A DNA stretch of 64,000 nucleotides from a virus (IMGVR_UViG_3300029305_005280), one strand, 5' to 3'; numbered from the stretch's first letter, positions 38,929 to 49,352 are shown. The notes: a model not told the origin generated them from the letters alone. Program-made: numbers and translations.

Positions 38929-39642
38929 TTGTTAGTTGACCTTCTCAGTATGGATAATTATGTTAACTTTAATATAAAACTTGCTGAAATTCTTGGGCTG
39001 CACCCTGCAATCTATATTAGTGAATTGCTTAACATAAATGAAAAAGCTGTTCGTAAAGATAAGGTAGCCGATAATTGTTTTAAAGTAGTTAGAAGTTATA
39101 TCACAAAGAGAACAACATTATCCATCGAAGAACAAAAAGAAATTGATGCTTTACTTGTTAGTATTGGTGTACTAAAAGTAAACCCAGAAAGTAGCGATGC
39201 ATTGACATTGGACCTGACAATATTAACATCACTTGTATCTGCGGAACCGACAGATATTGAAAAACTTAAAAAGATTGTAAATACAACTAAGCCAAAGAAG
39301 AGAACAAAGGCTCAAGTAATAATTGAACAACTAAAAACACTTGTTGTAGTTGAGAATGAAGAGTTGCGTCAAGCATATTATGATTGGATTGATGCTGTTA
39401 ACGCAAAACAAGGATGGATGTCAGCAAAGTCTGTTACGGTAGGGCAAAAAACTATTGATGCATATTGCAATCATAATCTCGATTTAGCTTTGCAACTTCT
39501 TGAGATAGCATCAATGGGTGGATATAGAGATATACAGTGGGCCATAAATACATACGAAAAAGATTATAAATTAAATTATAGAATACCCGCTGCACCTGTT
39601 AAACAAAGAGTCACTACGGCATTAAGTGAGGAGGTATTCTAA
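38929..39642 (+). CDS. Putative replication initiator/replisome organiser
   Basis: N-terminal winged-helix-like pattern (LAEILGLHPAIYISELL...RTTLSIEEQ); directly upstream of DnaC-like loader. Confidence 0.55.
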   Translation: MLVDLLSMDNYVNFNIKLAEILGLHPAIYISELLNINEKAVRKDKVADNCFKVVRSYITKRTTLSIEEQKEIDALLVSIGVLKVNPESSDALTLDLTILTSLVSAEPTDIEKLKKIVNTTKPKKRTKAQVIIEQLKTLVVVENEELRQAYYDWIDAVNAKQGWMSAKSVTVGQKTIDAYCNHNLDLALQLLEIASMGGYRDIQWAINTYEKDYKLNYRIPAAPVKQRVTTALSEEVF

Positions 39643-40330
39643 TTTGATATTGAGTAATGATTGTTTTACAAAAGATATTTGTGCAAAGTTTAAAAAAGGT
39701 CATTGTGTCGATGGTGAGTTTTGCATCAAATTATTCAAACTCAATGCTTTATATGACCAGGCATTGATTAGTGACAAGCAACGTCAAAGAATCAACTTGA
39801 GGATTGACGCAGATGGTACGGATAGGAATGAATTTCAAAGATTACAAAATATTGAAAACGATATTTTGAATTTTGTGAATGAAGGATGTAACCTATATCT
39901 CTATTCTACAACATGTGGTAATGGAAAATCGTCTTGGGCCCTCAGGCTAATTCAATCATATTTCAATAAAATATGGCCTTCCGCAACAATTGAATGTAAA
40001 GCATTGTTTGTAAATGTTCCAAAATTTTTTCTTGCACTTAAAGATAATATTAGTGTAAAAAGTGATTATATACAACATATAAAAGATAATGTTGCAGAGT
40101 GTGATATTGTTGTCTGGGACGATATCGGAACTAAGGTTGGAACTGAATTTGAAGTTGAAAATTTGTTGAATATCATAAATAATAGAATTGATAACGGTAA
40201 ATCAAATATTTACACATCAAATATAACTCCTGTTCAATTGCAGGAAAGAGTGGGAGAGAGACTGTATTCCCGTATTATAAATCTTTCTACAAATATTGAA
40301 CTTAGAGGAATGGATAAAAGAGGTTTATAA
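39626..40330 (+). CDS. DnaC/IstB-like helicase loader ATPase
   Basis: YSTTCGNGKS, VWDDIG, IINNR, IYTSN, RLYSRI. Confidence 0.85.
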   Translation: MRRYSNLILSNDCFTKDICAKFKKGHCVDGEFCIKLFKLNALYDQALISDKQRQRINLRIDADGTDRNEFQRLQNIENDILNFVNEGCNLYLYSTTCGNGKSSWALRLIQSYFNKIWPSATIECKALFVNVPKFFLALKDNISVKSDYIQHIKDNVAECDIVVWDDIGTKVGTEFEVENLLNIINNRIDNGKSNIYTSNITPVQLQERVGERLYSRIINLSTNIELRGMDKRGL

Positions 40331-41595
40331 TGGTTCAGTTACAATTTATCAATAAACTTATTAGTACTGGTGACACATCATTATTACTAATGAATAATCT
40401 TACTGATGAGTTTTTTAGCGATTATAAGAAAGAGTATCATTGGATAAAGGAACATATAAATAAATATGGCAATTGTCCTGATATGCACTCTTTTATAGAT
40501 AGGTTTCCTGATTTTGATGTTGTTGATGTGAAAGAGACAACATCTTATCTTATAGATGAATTGTATCAGGATTATAACAAAAGAAAACTTGCAGGTGTTT
40601 TTAATCGTGTTAGAGAGTTAATCAATCAAGATAAGATTGATGAAGCAATGGCTGTATATACAACTGCTGCATCTGATGTTGTTCAATCAACTCATCTTGA
40701 GACAGTTGACATATTTCATAACACTTCACGATATAATGATTATGTTGATAAATGTACAGCATTTGATAAGTTCTATGTAAAAACAGGATTCAAAGAATTG
40801 GATGAACTTATTGGCGGTTGGGACCGCTTGGAAGAATTGGGTACAATCGTTGCAAGACCCGGTATCGGTAAATCGTGGGTTCTACATAAAGTTGCGTTAG
40901 CAGCTGCAGAACAAGGGCTTACAGTTGGAATCTATTCTGGTGAGATGAGCGAAAATAAGGTCGGATATCGTATTGACACTCTTATCTCACATATTTCAAA
41001 TAGTGCTATTATGCGTGGCAATGATTCTGTTCAGCTTGATTACAAGCGGTATATGGAAGAACTTCCAAACAAGTTTAAAGGTACAATCAAAGTTTTAACT
41101 CCAGCAATGATAAATGGAGCCGCAAGTGTTACAGCTTTAAGAGCATTTATTGAAAAAGAGAAGCTTGATATATTGTGTGTTGACCAACATTCATTGCTTG
41201 AAGATGATAGACGAGCACGAAACCCTGTTGAGAAAGCAGCTAATATTTCACGAGACCTTAAAAATTTACAGGTATTGAAAAAGATTCCTATTATTGCGGT
41301 ATCTCAGCAAAATAGAGATGCAACAGAAAATGGTCCTAGTACTGCAAATGTAGCTCAGTCTGATAGAATTTCACAGGATAGTACAGTAATTGTTTTTCTT
41401 GAACAGAAAGATAATGTTTTAACACTTAATCTCGTAAAAGCAAGAGATAGTGGTAATGGTAAAAAATTACAGTATGCTGTTGATTTTAATAAAGGTATCT
41501 TTACTTTTATACCAACGGAAGAAAGTGTTCAGTCACCACAAGCTGTTGCTGATTTGATTGATGAATATGAAGGTGAAGGCGTGGACGCATTTTAA
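40330..41595 (+). CDS. dnaB: Replicative helicase
   Basis: TGFKELD, ARPGIGKS, SGEM, VSQQNR, KARD. Confidence 0.92.
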   Translation: MVQLQFINKLISTGDTSLLLMNNLTDEFFSDYKKEYHWIKEHINKYGNCPDMHSFIDRFPDFDVVDVKETTSYLIDELYQDYNKRKLAGVFNRVRELINQDKIDEAMAVYTTAASDVVQSTHLETVDIFHNTSRYNDYVDKCTAFDKFYVKTGFKELDELIGGWDRLEELGTIVARPGIGKSWVLHKVALAAAEQGLTVGIYSGEMSENKVGYRIDTLISHISNSAIMRGNDSVQLDYKRYMEELPNKFKGTIKVLTPAMINGAASVTALRAFIEKEKLDILCVDQHSLLEDDRRARNPVEKAANISRDLKNLQVLKKIPIIAVSQQNRDATENGPSTANVAQSDRISQDSTVIVFLEQKDNVLTLNLVKARDSGNGKKLQYAVDFNKGIFTFIPTEESVQSPQAVADLIDEYEGEGVDAF

Positions 41596-42545
41596 TGTAT
41601 TTGACAATTGGAAATAAAGTTATAACAACCGAAATAAAAGATATACTTAATATATTAAAGAGCGAATTAACTAATGGAAAACTAAAAGATATAGGTAGTG
41701 CAAAGGGCGATAATATTCCTTGTACGTGCCCAAGACATAAAGATGGTATGGAACGCCATCCTTCATGCATGATATTCACAAAACAAGATGACGATAAAAC
41801 TCAATATGGTTTCGCTCATTGTTTTACTTGTGGTTATGCAGAACCTTTACCAAGATTTGTAGCTGATTGTTTTGATGAAGAAGATATTGGATTTGGAGAA
41901 GAATGGTTATTAACTAGATGTGATACGGCTTTCATGTCTCAAGTTCAATATCTACCTCCTATTGAGTTAGATAAGAAACAAGAGTCAAAAGTATTTCTTG
42001 ACGAAAGTATCTTAAAAAACTACGAATACTATCATGACTATATGTGGCATCGTAAACTCAGTAAGTGGGTTGTTGACACGTTCGAAGTTGGATATGACCC
42101 AACAAAGCAAATGCTAACATTTCCTGTCAGAGACGATAAAGGTCGTCTTCTTTTTATAACAGGCAGATATGTTAATTTTAAAAGGTTTGAAATTCCTGAA
42201 AAGGTCGAAAAACCAGTTTATTTATTGTATTACATACTACAGCAGAACATAAAAACAGTTGCTGTGTGTGAAAGTCAGATAAATTGTTTATATCTTTGGT
42301 CACTTGGAATTCCCGCAGTGTGCTTATTTGGTACGGGTACACCAATGCAGTATGAATTATTAAAGAAGAGTGGTATAAGGTCTTTCAACCTATTCTTCGA
42401 TGGTGACTGGGGTGGTAGAAAAGGTGCAGAGAGATTTAAAAAATATATGCCAAAGGATAGAATCGTTACTGACTATCTATTGCCACCTGAAAAGGATGTA
42501 AATAATCTAACGCTTGAAGAAATTAACAACTTGGAATACTGTTAG
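41595..42545 (+). CDS. dnaG: DNA primase
   Basis: CPRH...HCFTC Zn finger; TOPRIM CES...FDGDWGG...KDVN. Confidence 0.9.
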   Translation: MYLTIGNKVITTEIKDILNILKSELTNGKLKDIGSAKGDNIPCTCPRHKDGMERHPSCMIFTKQDDDKTQYGFAHCFTCGYAEPLPRFVADCFDEEDIGFGEEWLLTRCDTAFMSQVQYLPPIELDKKQESKVFLDESILKNYEYYHDYMWHRKLSKWVVDTFEVGYDPTKQMLTFPVRDDKGRLLFITGRYVNFKRFEIPEKVEKPVYLLYYILQQNIKTVAVCESQINCLYLWSLGIPAVCLFGTGTPMQYELLKKSGIRSFNLFFDGDWGGRKGAERFKKYMPKDRIVTDYLLPPEKDVNNLTLEEINNLEYC

Positions 42546-42574
42546 TTGTATTTTAAGTTGATTTATCATATAAT
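42543..42574 (+). promoter_or_regulatory. SigmaA-type promoter within hairpin
   Basis: TAG-TTGTAT-17 bp-TATAAT. Confidence 0.75.
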
Positions 42575-42607
42575 TAAATTATCAATAAAAGAAAAGGAGT
42601 CAAATAA

Positions 42608-43477
42608 ATGGCACAAGTTTCGTTTGATGCTGTTCCTGCTGAAAATCAGGGCGGCGGTAATTTTAATTCTGTTGAGTTTTTTACTCTAAGAAATGATGGA
42701 GATGAAGCGCTTGTAAGAATTCTTCATGACAGTACAGACTCATTCAATATCTTTACTGTCCATGATAATCTTTCCGTAAATGGCAAACGCAGAAAGGTAA
42801 ATTGTTTAAGAAGTCCAAAGGACCCTGTTGAAATGTGTCCGCTTTGTGCAAGTGGTAATAATATTGTAAATAGAATTTATATCAATATGCTTGTATATGG
42901 AAAAGATGCAAATGGTCAGATGACTATCACACCTGTGGTTTGGGAGCGTAGTTTTGCTTATGCATCAAGACTTAAAGTACTTATTGATGAATATGGTCCT
43001 CTTTCACAGTCAATTTTTAAGATTAAGAGAAGTGGCGCTGCAGGAAGTATGGAAACAAAATATGATATTCTATACTGTAACCCCAAAATTTATCCTGATA
43101 ATCTGTATCCAATTGCAAATACAGAAAAGTTTGAAGGATATTCCGCACTTGGCAGCGTGATTATGAATAAAACTGCTGCTGATATGAATGTGTTCTTAAA
43201 TACTGGTGCATTCCCTGCAGCACCTCAGAATGAAAATGCAAATGCAGCACCTCAGCAGATGAGTTATCAGCCAAAAGTTGAAACAAACGCACCTGTTTAT
43301 TCGGAGGTTCCGCCTGCAATTCCTGTAAATCCTACACCAGCAACAGGTGGTTATGTTCCTCAGGGAACTGGTACACCGAGCGCAGCACCACAGAGATGGA
43401 ACACAACCGGAGCACCTGCTCCTGTGGTTGAGAGTCCTTCAACCACAGGAAATGGGCCTGGACCTAGATATTATTGA
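42608..43477 (+). CDS. Single-stranded DNA-binding protein (gp32-like)
   Basis: H...C...CPLC Zn site, FKIKRSG...TKY; between primase and polymerase. Confidence 0.75.
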   Translation: MAQVSFDAVPAENQGGGNFNSVEFFTLRNDGDEALVRILHDSTDSFNIFTVHDNLSVNGKRRKVNCLRSPKDPVEMCPLCASGNNIVNRIYINMLVYGKDANGQMTITPVVWERSFAYASRLKVLIDEYGPLSQSIFKIKRSGAAGSMETKYDILYCNPKIYPDNLYPIANTEKFEGYSALGSVIMNKTAADMNVFLNTGAFPAAPQNENANAAPQQMSYQPKVETNAPVYSEVPPAIPVNPTPATGGYVPQGTGTPSAAPQRWNTTGAPAPVVESPSTTGNGPGPRYY

Positions 43478-45954
43478 TGGCAGGGTCTTTATGGGGCGAA
43501 GAGTTTGTTATTCCTAAAACTCCTCCAAAGAAAGTTATAAACAAGGTTAATAACCCCAAAGATGCAACTAAAGTTGTAACAAAAGCATTGAAATCTAATA
43601 GCCTCCCACTTGAGTTTAGGTTGGAGGCTATTAGGACTAATGTACTTAAGATACTTGGAAGATATGCAGACCGTACTCAGGTAATCAGGACAAGAGAAGA
43701 GTTAACTGCATATATTGATGCTGCAATTCAAAATGGCGTTATAGCTGTCGACACGGAGACAAATAATAGTCTTGACCCTATAACTTGTAAGTTGATGGGC
43801 CCGTGTATTTATACCCCAGGTCAAAAGAATGCTTACATACCACTAAATCACATACATCCTGTTACTCGTGTTAGGCTTGAAAATCAGCTTACTGAACAGG
43901 ATATCATTGAAGAATTTAGTAGGTTGACTGATATCAAGATTATCATGCACAATGGTAAGTTCGATTATCAGGTTATAAAATGTACTTGTGGTTTAGCATT
44001 GAAATGTTACTGGGATACAATGATAGCTGTTCGTATTCTCGACGAGAATGAAAAACGGGCAGGATTGAAGGAACAATATATAGATAAGATTGATTCTTCA
44101 ATTGAAAAGTACTCAATTGAGCACTTGTTTAAAGATGTTGAATATGCAGTTGTTGACCCTGAAATATTTGCTTTGTATGCTGCTACTGATGCTTTCATGA
44201 CCTATGAATTATACAAATGGCAAGAAGCACAGTTTAATAGAGCGGGGCATGAAAGAATAAAAGAATTATTCTTTGGTATTGAGATGCCTGTTATGGAAGT
44301 TGCAGCAGAAATGGAGCTAACAGGAGTTTGCATCGATAAAGAGTATGCAAGTAGATTAAGTAAAAAATATCATAAATTTATTGATGATGTTGATATTAGA
44401 ATTGCTGAACAACTTGAACAGTATCGCGATGTGATTTCTGAATGGAGAAAAACACCGGAAGCAAACTTTAAAGCACAGAAGGAAAATAAAAAGGGCGAAT
44501 TAACTTATGCAAAATCAAAAAGTGAACAGTTGAAGGACCCACCTGAGTTAACAAGTCCGACTCAGTTTGCTATACTATTATATGATGTTCTAGGAACAAA
44601 AGTTGTTGATAAGAAAAAGCCCAGAGGCACTGGTGAAGACATTCTTGTTCATATTGATAATCCATTATGTAAATTAGTATTAGAAAAAAGAGGACTTGAA
44701 AAATTAGTTGGTACATATATTGATAAGATACCAGGTTGTGTAAATGATGCAGATGGACGATTACATGCACATTTTAATCAGCTTGGTACGGATACGGGTC
44801 GATTTAGTTCTTCGGACCCTAACTTACAAAACATTCCCTCAAAGAATAAAGAAATTCGTTTGATGTTTGTTCCGTCACCCGGTTATGTGATGGTAGGCGG
44901 TGACTTTAGTCAACAGGAGCCCCGACTTTTGAGCAACTATGCAATGGATGAAAACATGATGAATGCATACCGTCAAGGAAAAGATTTGTATGCAACTATT
45001 GCAACTCAGATTCATAATAATACATACTGGGATAATATGGAGCATTTTGAAGACGGAACTCCTAACCCTGCTGGTAAGAAGCGTAGAAGTGGAGTTAAGA
45101 GTTTGATGCTGGGCATTATGTACGGTATGGGCTCTGCATCTTTAGCAGAAGCTATCGGAGGCACTATCAAAGATGCTCAGAAAATCATTGATGATTTCTA
45201 TGCAGGTTTTCCAAAAGTAAAGAAATGGATTGATGAGACTGACAGTAATGCCAAAAAGTATGGCTATGTTGAAGACTTCTGGGGAAGACGCAGAAGGTTA
45301 CCTGATATTCAACTTCCTAAATACAAGATTGTAGAAAAGAGTGCTTCAAAGAATTCAGTGGATATAAATCCTCTTCTTGGTGCAAAAGGAATTGTTAAAA
45401 AGACTGTTAATCCTTTGATTGCTCAGTATCAAAAACAACTTGAAGAAGCAAGAGGATGGCAGCAAGTAAGCAAGATTAAATCAGATGCATTACTTAATGG
45501 CATTGAAATACATGATAATGGTGGATTTATTGCATACGCAGAAAGACAATGTGTAAATGCTCGTGTTCAAGGTGGGGCTGCAACAATGTCAAAACTTGCA
45601 ATGAGGAAAGTATATGACAATCCTGAGTTGCGTAGACTTGGATTCCGGATGCTATTACAGGTGCACGATGAACTTATTGGAGAGTGCCCCATTGAAAATG
45701 CTGATGAGGTAGCTGCTTTGCTTTCTGACATCATGAAGCATTCAGCAGAACCCGTTGTTACAATTCCATTCAAATGTGACACTGAAGTCAGTGCTTGCTG
45801 GTATTATGATGATTATAGTAATACACTTAAAGCAGAATTCAATAAGCTCCTTGACAAAGGAATGTTGAAAAATGATGCATACAATACTATTCTAAACGAG
45901 CACACTGAGTGTACCGAAGAACAAATCAAAGATTTCTTATCAGATATATTGTAA
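43477..45954 (+). CDS. polA: Family A DNA polymerase with 3'-5' exonuclease
   Basis: VDTET, HNGKFD, YAATD, TGRFSSSDPNLQNIP, DFSQQEPR, KSLMLGIMYG, VQGGAA, QVHDEL. Confidence 0.95.
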   Translation: MAGSLWGEEFVIPKTPPKKVINKVNNPKDATKVVTKALKSNSLPLEFRLEAIRTNVLKILGRYADRTQVIRTREELTAYIDAAIQNGVIAVDTETNNSLDPITCKLMGPCIYTPGQKNAYIPLNHIHPVTRVRLENQLTEQDIIEEFSRLTDIKIIMHNGKFDYQVIKCTCGLALKCYWDTMIAVRILDENEKRAGLKEQYIDKIDSSIEKYSIEHLFKDVEYAVVDPEIFALYAATDAFMTYELYKWQEAQFNRAGHERIKELFFGIEMPVMEVAAEMELTGVCIDKEYASRLSKKYHKFIDDVDIRIAEQLEQYRDVISEWRKTPEANFKAQKENKKGELTYAKSKSEQLKDPPELTSPTQFAILLYDVLGTKVVDKKKPRGTGEDILVHIDNPLCKLVLEKRGLEKLVGTYIDKIPGCVNDADGRLHAHFNQLGTDTGRFSSSDPNLQNIPSKNKEIRLMFVPSPGYVMVGGDFSQQEPRLLSNYAMDENMMNAYRQGKDLYATIATQIHNNTYWDNMEHFEDGTPNPAGKKRRSGVKSLMLGIMYGMGSASLAEAIGGTIKDAQKIIDDFYAGFPKVKKWIDETDSNAKKYGYVEDFWGRRRRLPDIQLPKYKIVEKSASKNSVDINPLLGAKGIVKKTVNPLIAQYQKQLEEARGWQQVSKIKSDALLNGIEIHDNGGFIAYAERQCVNARVQGGAATMSKLAMRKVYDNPELRRLGFRMLLQVHDELIGECPIENADEVAALLSDIMKHSAEPVVTIPFKCDTEVSACWYYDDYSNTLKAEFNKLLDKGMLKNDAYNTILNEHTECTEEQIKDFLSDIL

Positions 45955-45958
45955 GATA

Positions 45959-46007
45959 TACTTGAGTTCAAATACCTTAATCCTCAAGTAAAATAAAAAA
46001 TTAGGAG
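45959..46007 (+). ncRNA. preQ1 class I riboswitch-like aptamer overlapping RBS
   Basis: P1 tacttgag/ctcaagta, loop UUCAAAUACCUUAAUC, A-rich tail AAAUAAAAAA then UUAGGAG; directly upstream of a preQ transporter. Confidence 0.75.
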
Positions 46008-46017
46008 TTTTAAAAAA

Positions 46018-46725
46018 ATGTTAACAAAAGTAAAAAATGAATTAAAGGAATACAGCAGACTTCTACATACAATTCCTTCATGGGTATTAACTTTGTTTGT
46101 CCTTAGTGTAGTTGCAATGAATCTTTTTGCCAATAAATCAATCAATCTTCCGGTCAGCTGGTTAGCTCTTGATTGTGGAATGATTTTTGCTTGGGCTCCA
46201 TTTCTTTGTATGGATATTGTTGTAAAACATTTCGGACCAAAAGCAGCTGTTAGATTAACAATTATTGCAACACTTGTCAATGTTTTGGTTTCAGTTATGT
46301 TTTTCTTTGGTGCACTTATTCCAGGCACATGGGGAGAATCATTCAATGGTGACATGAATATGATAAACACAGCTCTCAACAACACATTGAAGGGAAATTG
46401 GTATATTGTATTTGGTAGTACACTTGCATTCATTGTTGCAGGAATTGTTAATAGTATTACAAATCATGCAACAGGTAAGTTATGTAAAAATGACAATTTT
46501 CGTACATTTGCTCTAAGAACATATGTGTCAACGTTCATTGGTCAATTTGTAGATAACATGGTTTTCTCACTTGTAGTAAGTCAAGTATTGTTCGGGTGGA
46601 CCCTTTTACAGTGTGTCACTTGTTCTCTTACTGGAGCTCTGTGTGAACTGCTTTGTGAAACAGTATTCAGTCCTGTCGGTTGGAGAATTGTTAAGAAATG
46701 GAAAAAAGATAACCTTACAGTGTAA
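46018..46725 (+). CDS. yhhQ: VUT/YhhQ-family queuosine-precursor (preQ0/preQ1) transporter
   Basis: Multi-TM; NLFANK, FLCMDIVVKHFG, GSTLAF, RTYVSTFIGQFVDNMVF match the VUT family. Confidence 0.85.
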   Translation: MLTKVKNELKEYSRLLHTIPSWVLTLFVLSVVAMNLFANKSINLPVSWLALDCGMIFAWAPFLCMDIVVKHFGPKAAVRLTIIATLVNVLVSVMFFFGALIPGTWGESFNGDMNMINTALNNTLKGNWYIVFGSTLAFIVAGIVNSITNHATGKLCKNDNFRTFALRTYVSTFIGQFVDNMVFSLVVSQVLFGWTLLQCVTCSLTGALCELLCETVFSPVGWRIVKKWKKDNLTV

Positions 46726-46742
46726 GGATAGAATATGTGGGA

Positions 46743-46774
46743 TAGTTGAATTACTTTCAGCTATCCCTTATAAT
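46743..46774 (+). promoter_or_regulatory. SigmaA-type promoter within hairpin, driving the modification operon
   Basis: TAG-TTGAAT-17 bp-TATAAT. Confidence 0.8.
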
Positions 46775-46808
46775 ATAACTATAAACAATGAAACGGAGTT
46801 AAAAATAA

Positions 46809-47756
46809 ATGAGTGTTGTGTATTTCTTTAGCGGGGCTTACAAGCAGCCTTTAAAAAGAGAACTAAACATTGACCAGTTGTTTTCTGTTTATCATGAAAA
46901 AACATTGATTAAGAAAACAATTCAATATAAGAAAGAACATCCTGAATATACAGCAAAGATTATGGTCGATAGTGGTGCGTTCTCTTTATATCAGAAATTT
47001 AAAAAGAATGGTGAAATTCTTACTGATGAAGAATTAACTGCTTATACTGACGATTACATAGAGTTTTTGAATGAAGTAGGAGATGACTTATATTCATTTG
47101 TTGGAGTGGATACTGTTCCTAATCCCGATGACGTTGACCAAAGTTTTGCACAGAAGACTTGGGACAATTACCTTTATATGTATGAAAGACTAAGACCAGA
47201 GATTCGAGATAAACTAATGCCTGTTTTCCACTTTGGAGAAGATTTTAAGTGGTTAAGAAATATGTTGGAACACAAACACTCTACAGGTAAAGGTCTTGAG
47301 TGGGTTGGACTTGCTATCTCACTTGAAGGTAATCAGAAAGTAAGAATTAGTTGGGCAAATGAATGTCGTCGTATTATCAATGAAAGTAGCAACCCTAATG
47401 TTAAGACACATGCTTTTGGTGTAGGTGTTAAATCAGTTCTTGACCACATTGAAGTTACTTCGACAGATGCAACTTCTTGGTTAAAGCGTGCTGCTTACGG
47501 TATGGTAAGTATTCATGACAAAACAATTTACATAAGTGAACTTCAACAGCAAAAATTTGATGGAAGACATCTCACTGAAAAATCTGTGGCAATGCAAGGT
47601 GATGTTGAAAAGATTGTAAATGACCGAGGATTTACGCTTGAAGAGTTAGCAACTGACCCTTATGCAAGAGCAAAATTTAATATACTTGATACAATTGATT
47701 GGGTGAATAACTTAAATCAGAATAAGTTTTTAACCGCAAAGAAGGAACTATGGTAA
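46809..47756 (+). CDS. dpdA: TGT-fold base-exchange transglycosylase (DpdA-like)
   Basis: MVDSGAFS, MPVFH, THAFG, STDATSW motifs; lacks the C-terminal CxCxxC Zn site of bacterial tRNA TGT. Confidence 0.75.
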   Translation: MSVVYFFSGAYKQPLKRELNIDQLFSVYHEKTLIKKTIQYKKEHPEYTAKIMVDSGAFSLYQKFKKNGEILTDEELTAYTDDYIEFLNEVGDDLYSFVGVDTVPNPDDVDQSFAQKTWDNYLYMYERLRPEIRDKLMPVFHFGEDFKWLRNMLEHKHSTGKGLEWVGLAISLEGNQKVRISWANECRRIINESSNPNVKTHAFGVGVKSVLDHIEVTSTDATSWLKRAAYGMVSIHDKTIYISELQQQKFDGRHLTEKSVAMQGDVEKIVNDRGFTLEELATDPYARAKFNILDTIDWVNNLNQNKFLTAKKELW

Positions 47757-47757
47757 T

Positions 47758-48468
47758 ATGGAAAGAGCATTGATAACAGGAACAAGTTGTGGTGTAGGTA
47801 GGGCTGCAGCAGTTAAGTTTCTAGATGAAGGATATGAGGTTTATGGACTTGATATCAAAGAACCTACTATTGTACATAAGAATTATCATCATGTTATTTG
47901 TGATGTAAGTAAGAAAGAACAACTTCCTTATATCAAAGACCTTGAATACATTGTTAACAATGCAGGCATTGTAACTCCACAGGTAGATGCAATTGATGTT
48001 AATCTTTATGGTTACATCAATATTCTTGAAGAATATGGTGACTGTCCTTCTCTTAAAAGTATTGTCCAAGTAGGCAGCACTGCTTCATACAAAGGTTACG
48101 ATAATATAAGGTATTGTGCCTCTCAGGGCGGAAGAGACGCACTAACAAAGTGGGCTGCAAACAATTTTGGTAACGATAAGAGACATGTTATTGTTAATTC
48201 TCTTAATCTTGATGGTATCGTAGCAGCTGACCCTGAAAAAGGAATTCAAGGTACATCGCTTGAACCTGAGTTATATGCACAGCCCCATTTGATGGAAACT
48301 ATTAAGAACCTCAGCGTGTTAAAGAAATTAGCAACTGTCGAGGAAATTGCGGAATGGATTTATTTCTTACTTGTTAAGAATACAGTGATGACTGGTCAAA
48401 TTCTGTCAATTGATGGAGAACTTATTGGTGCTTATAGATTTATTCAGTATCCGGGGTGGAACGATTAA
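47758..48468 (+). CDS. Short-chain dehydrogenase/reductase, atypical (YxxxQ)
   Basis: TGTSCGVG, VNNAG, VGSTAS, YCASQ, TGQILSIDG. Confidence 0.85.
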   Translation: MERALITGTSCGVGRAAAVKFLDEGYEVYGLDIKEPTIVHKNYHHVICDVSKKEQLPYIKDLEYIVNNAGIVTPQVDAIDVNLYGYINILEEYGDCPSLKSIVQVGSTASYKGYDNIRYCASQGGRDALTKWAANNFGNDKRHVIVNSLNLDGIVAADPEKGIQGTSLEPELYAQPHLMETIKNLSVLKKLATVEEIAEWIYFLLVKNTVMTGQILSIDGELIGAYRFIQYPGWND

Positions 48469-49352
48469 TGAATAAGATTTGTGCATTGATTCCTTGCTTA
48501 ATGCTGGATAATAACAGAGAGATAAATAAAAAATCAATAACCTCAAATCAAGAGCATCTAAAACTAGATGCTTATGTAATATATGACCAATGTTTCACAG
48601 AAAATGATTTCATTCCCGATTGTGAATATATTGGTCACGCTGATAAGCGTATGGGATGGGTTGAACCACGAAATGCACTTTTAAGATGGTTTTACAACTC
48701 AGACTATGACTATGCTTTTTGGATTGATGCAAATTCAACAGTGTCAAAACCTACACTAAATGATTTAACTACAATCATCGATAATATTAGAAATGGTACA
48801 TTAGATGATTGTGATTCTATATTTGCTACTTTAGGGATGTGGGTATCTCAAGAAAGGATTCAGTGTAAATCAGCTGAAGACTTCTATGATAATGTAAGAT
48901 TACTTCCATCAAGAATGGATAGAAGTTATAATTGGATGCACGGCATGTTTCATAAGAATTTTAAAAAATACTATAATCAAGAGTTCTATATTGATGAAAG
49001 ATGTGATACACGTAAAGGAACTCCTGATGATGTTTATTTTGCAAGATTGCTGAGAAAGTATACTAACTGCTGGGTAGCCCCCACTGTTGTAGTAAATAAG
49101 CCCTCATCTAAGATGTCTTGTACGTGGGCAAATGAAAAAGGAACATACGATTATCCTCCTGTTCTATTTGATATTGTGGATGATTATATCCTTGAAGAGT
49201 CAGAAAAGAATAGTTATCATATATGCAATAAAAATGTGCAGTTAAAGGAAATTGTAATTCCAAGAAATGATTATCTGCGTGAACATATTAAACATTATGT
49301 ACCACGAGGTAAAAAGAAAGAAACTTTAAATTCAAGAATGACATTGTTTTAA
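48468..49352 (+). CDS. GT-A-fold glycosyltransferase-like protein
   Basis: PRNALLRWF..SDYDYAFWIDAN, IDE...DDVYF pattern. Confidence 0.55.
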   Translation: MNKICALIPCLMLDNNREINKKSITSNQEHLKLDAYVIYDQCFTENDFIPDCEYIGHADKRMGWVEPRNALLRWFYNSDYDYAFWIDANSTVSKPTLNDLTTIIDNIRNGTLDDCDSIFATLGMWVSQERIQCKSAEDFYDNVRLLPSRMDRSYNWMHGMFHKNFKKYYNQEFYIDERCDTRKGTPDDVYFARLLRKYTNCWVAPTVVVNKPSSKMSCTWANEKGTYDYPPVLFDIVDDYILEESEKNSYHICNKNVQLKEIVIPRNDYLREHIKHYVPRGKKKETLNSRMTLF

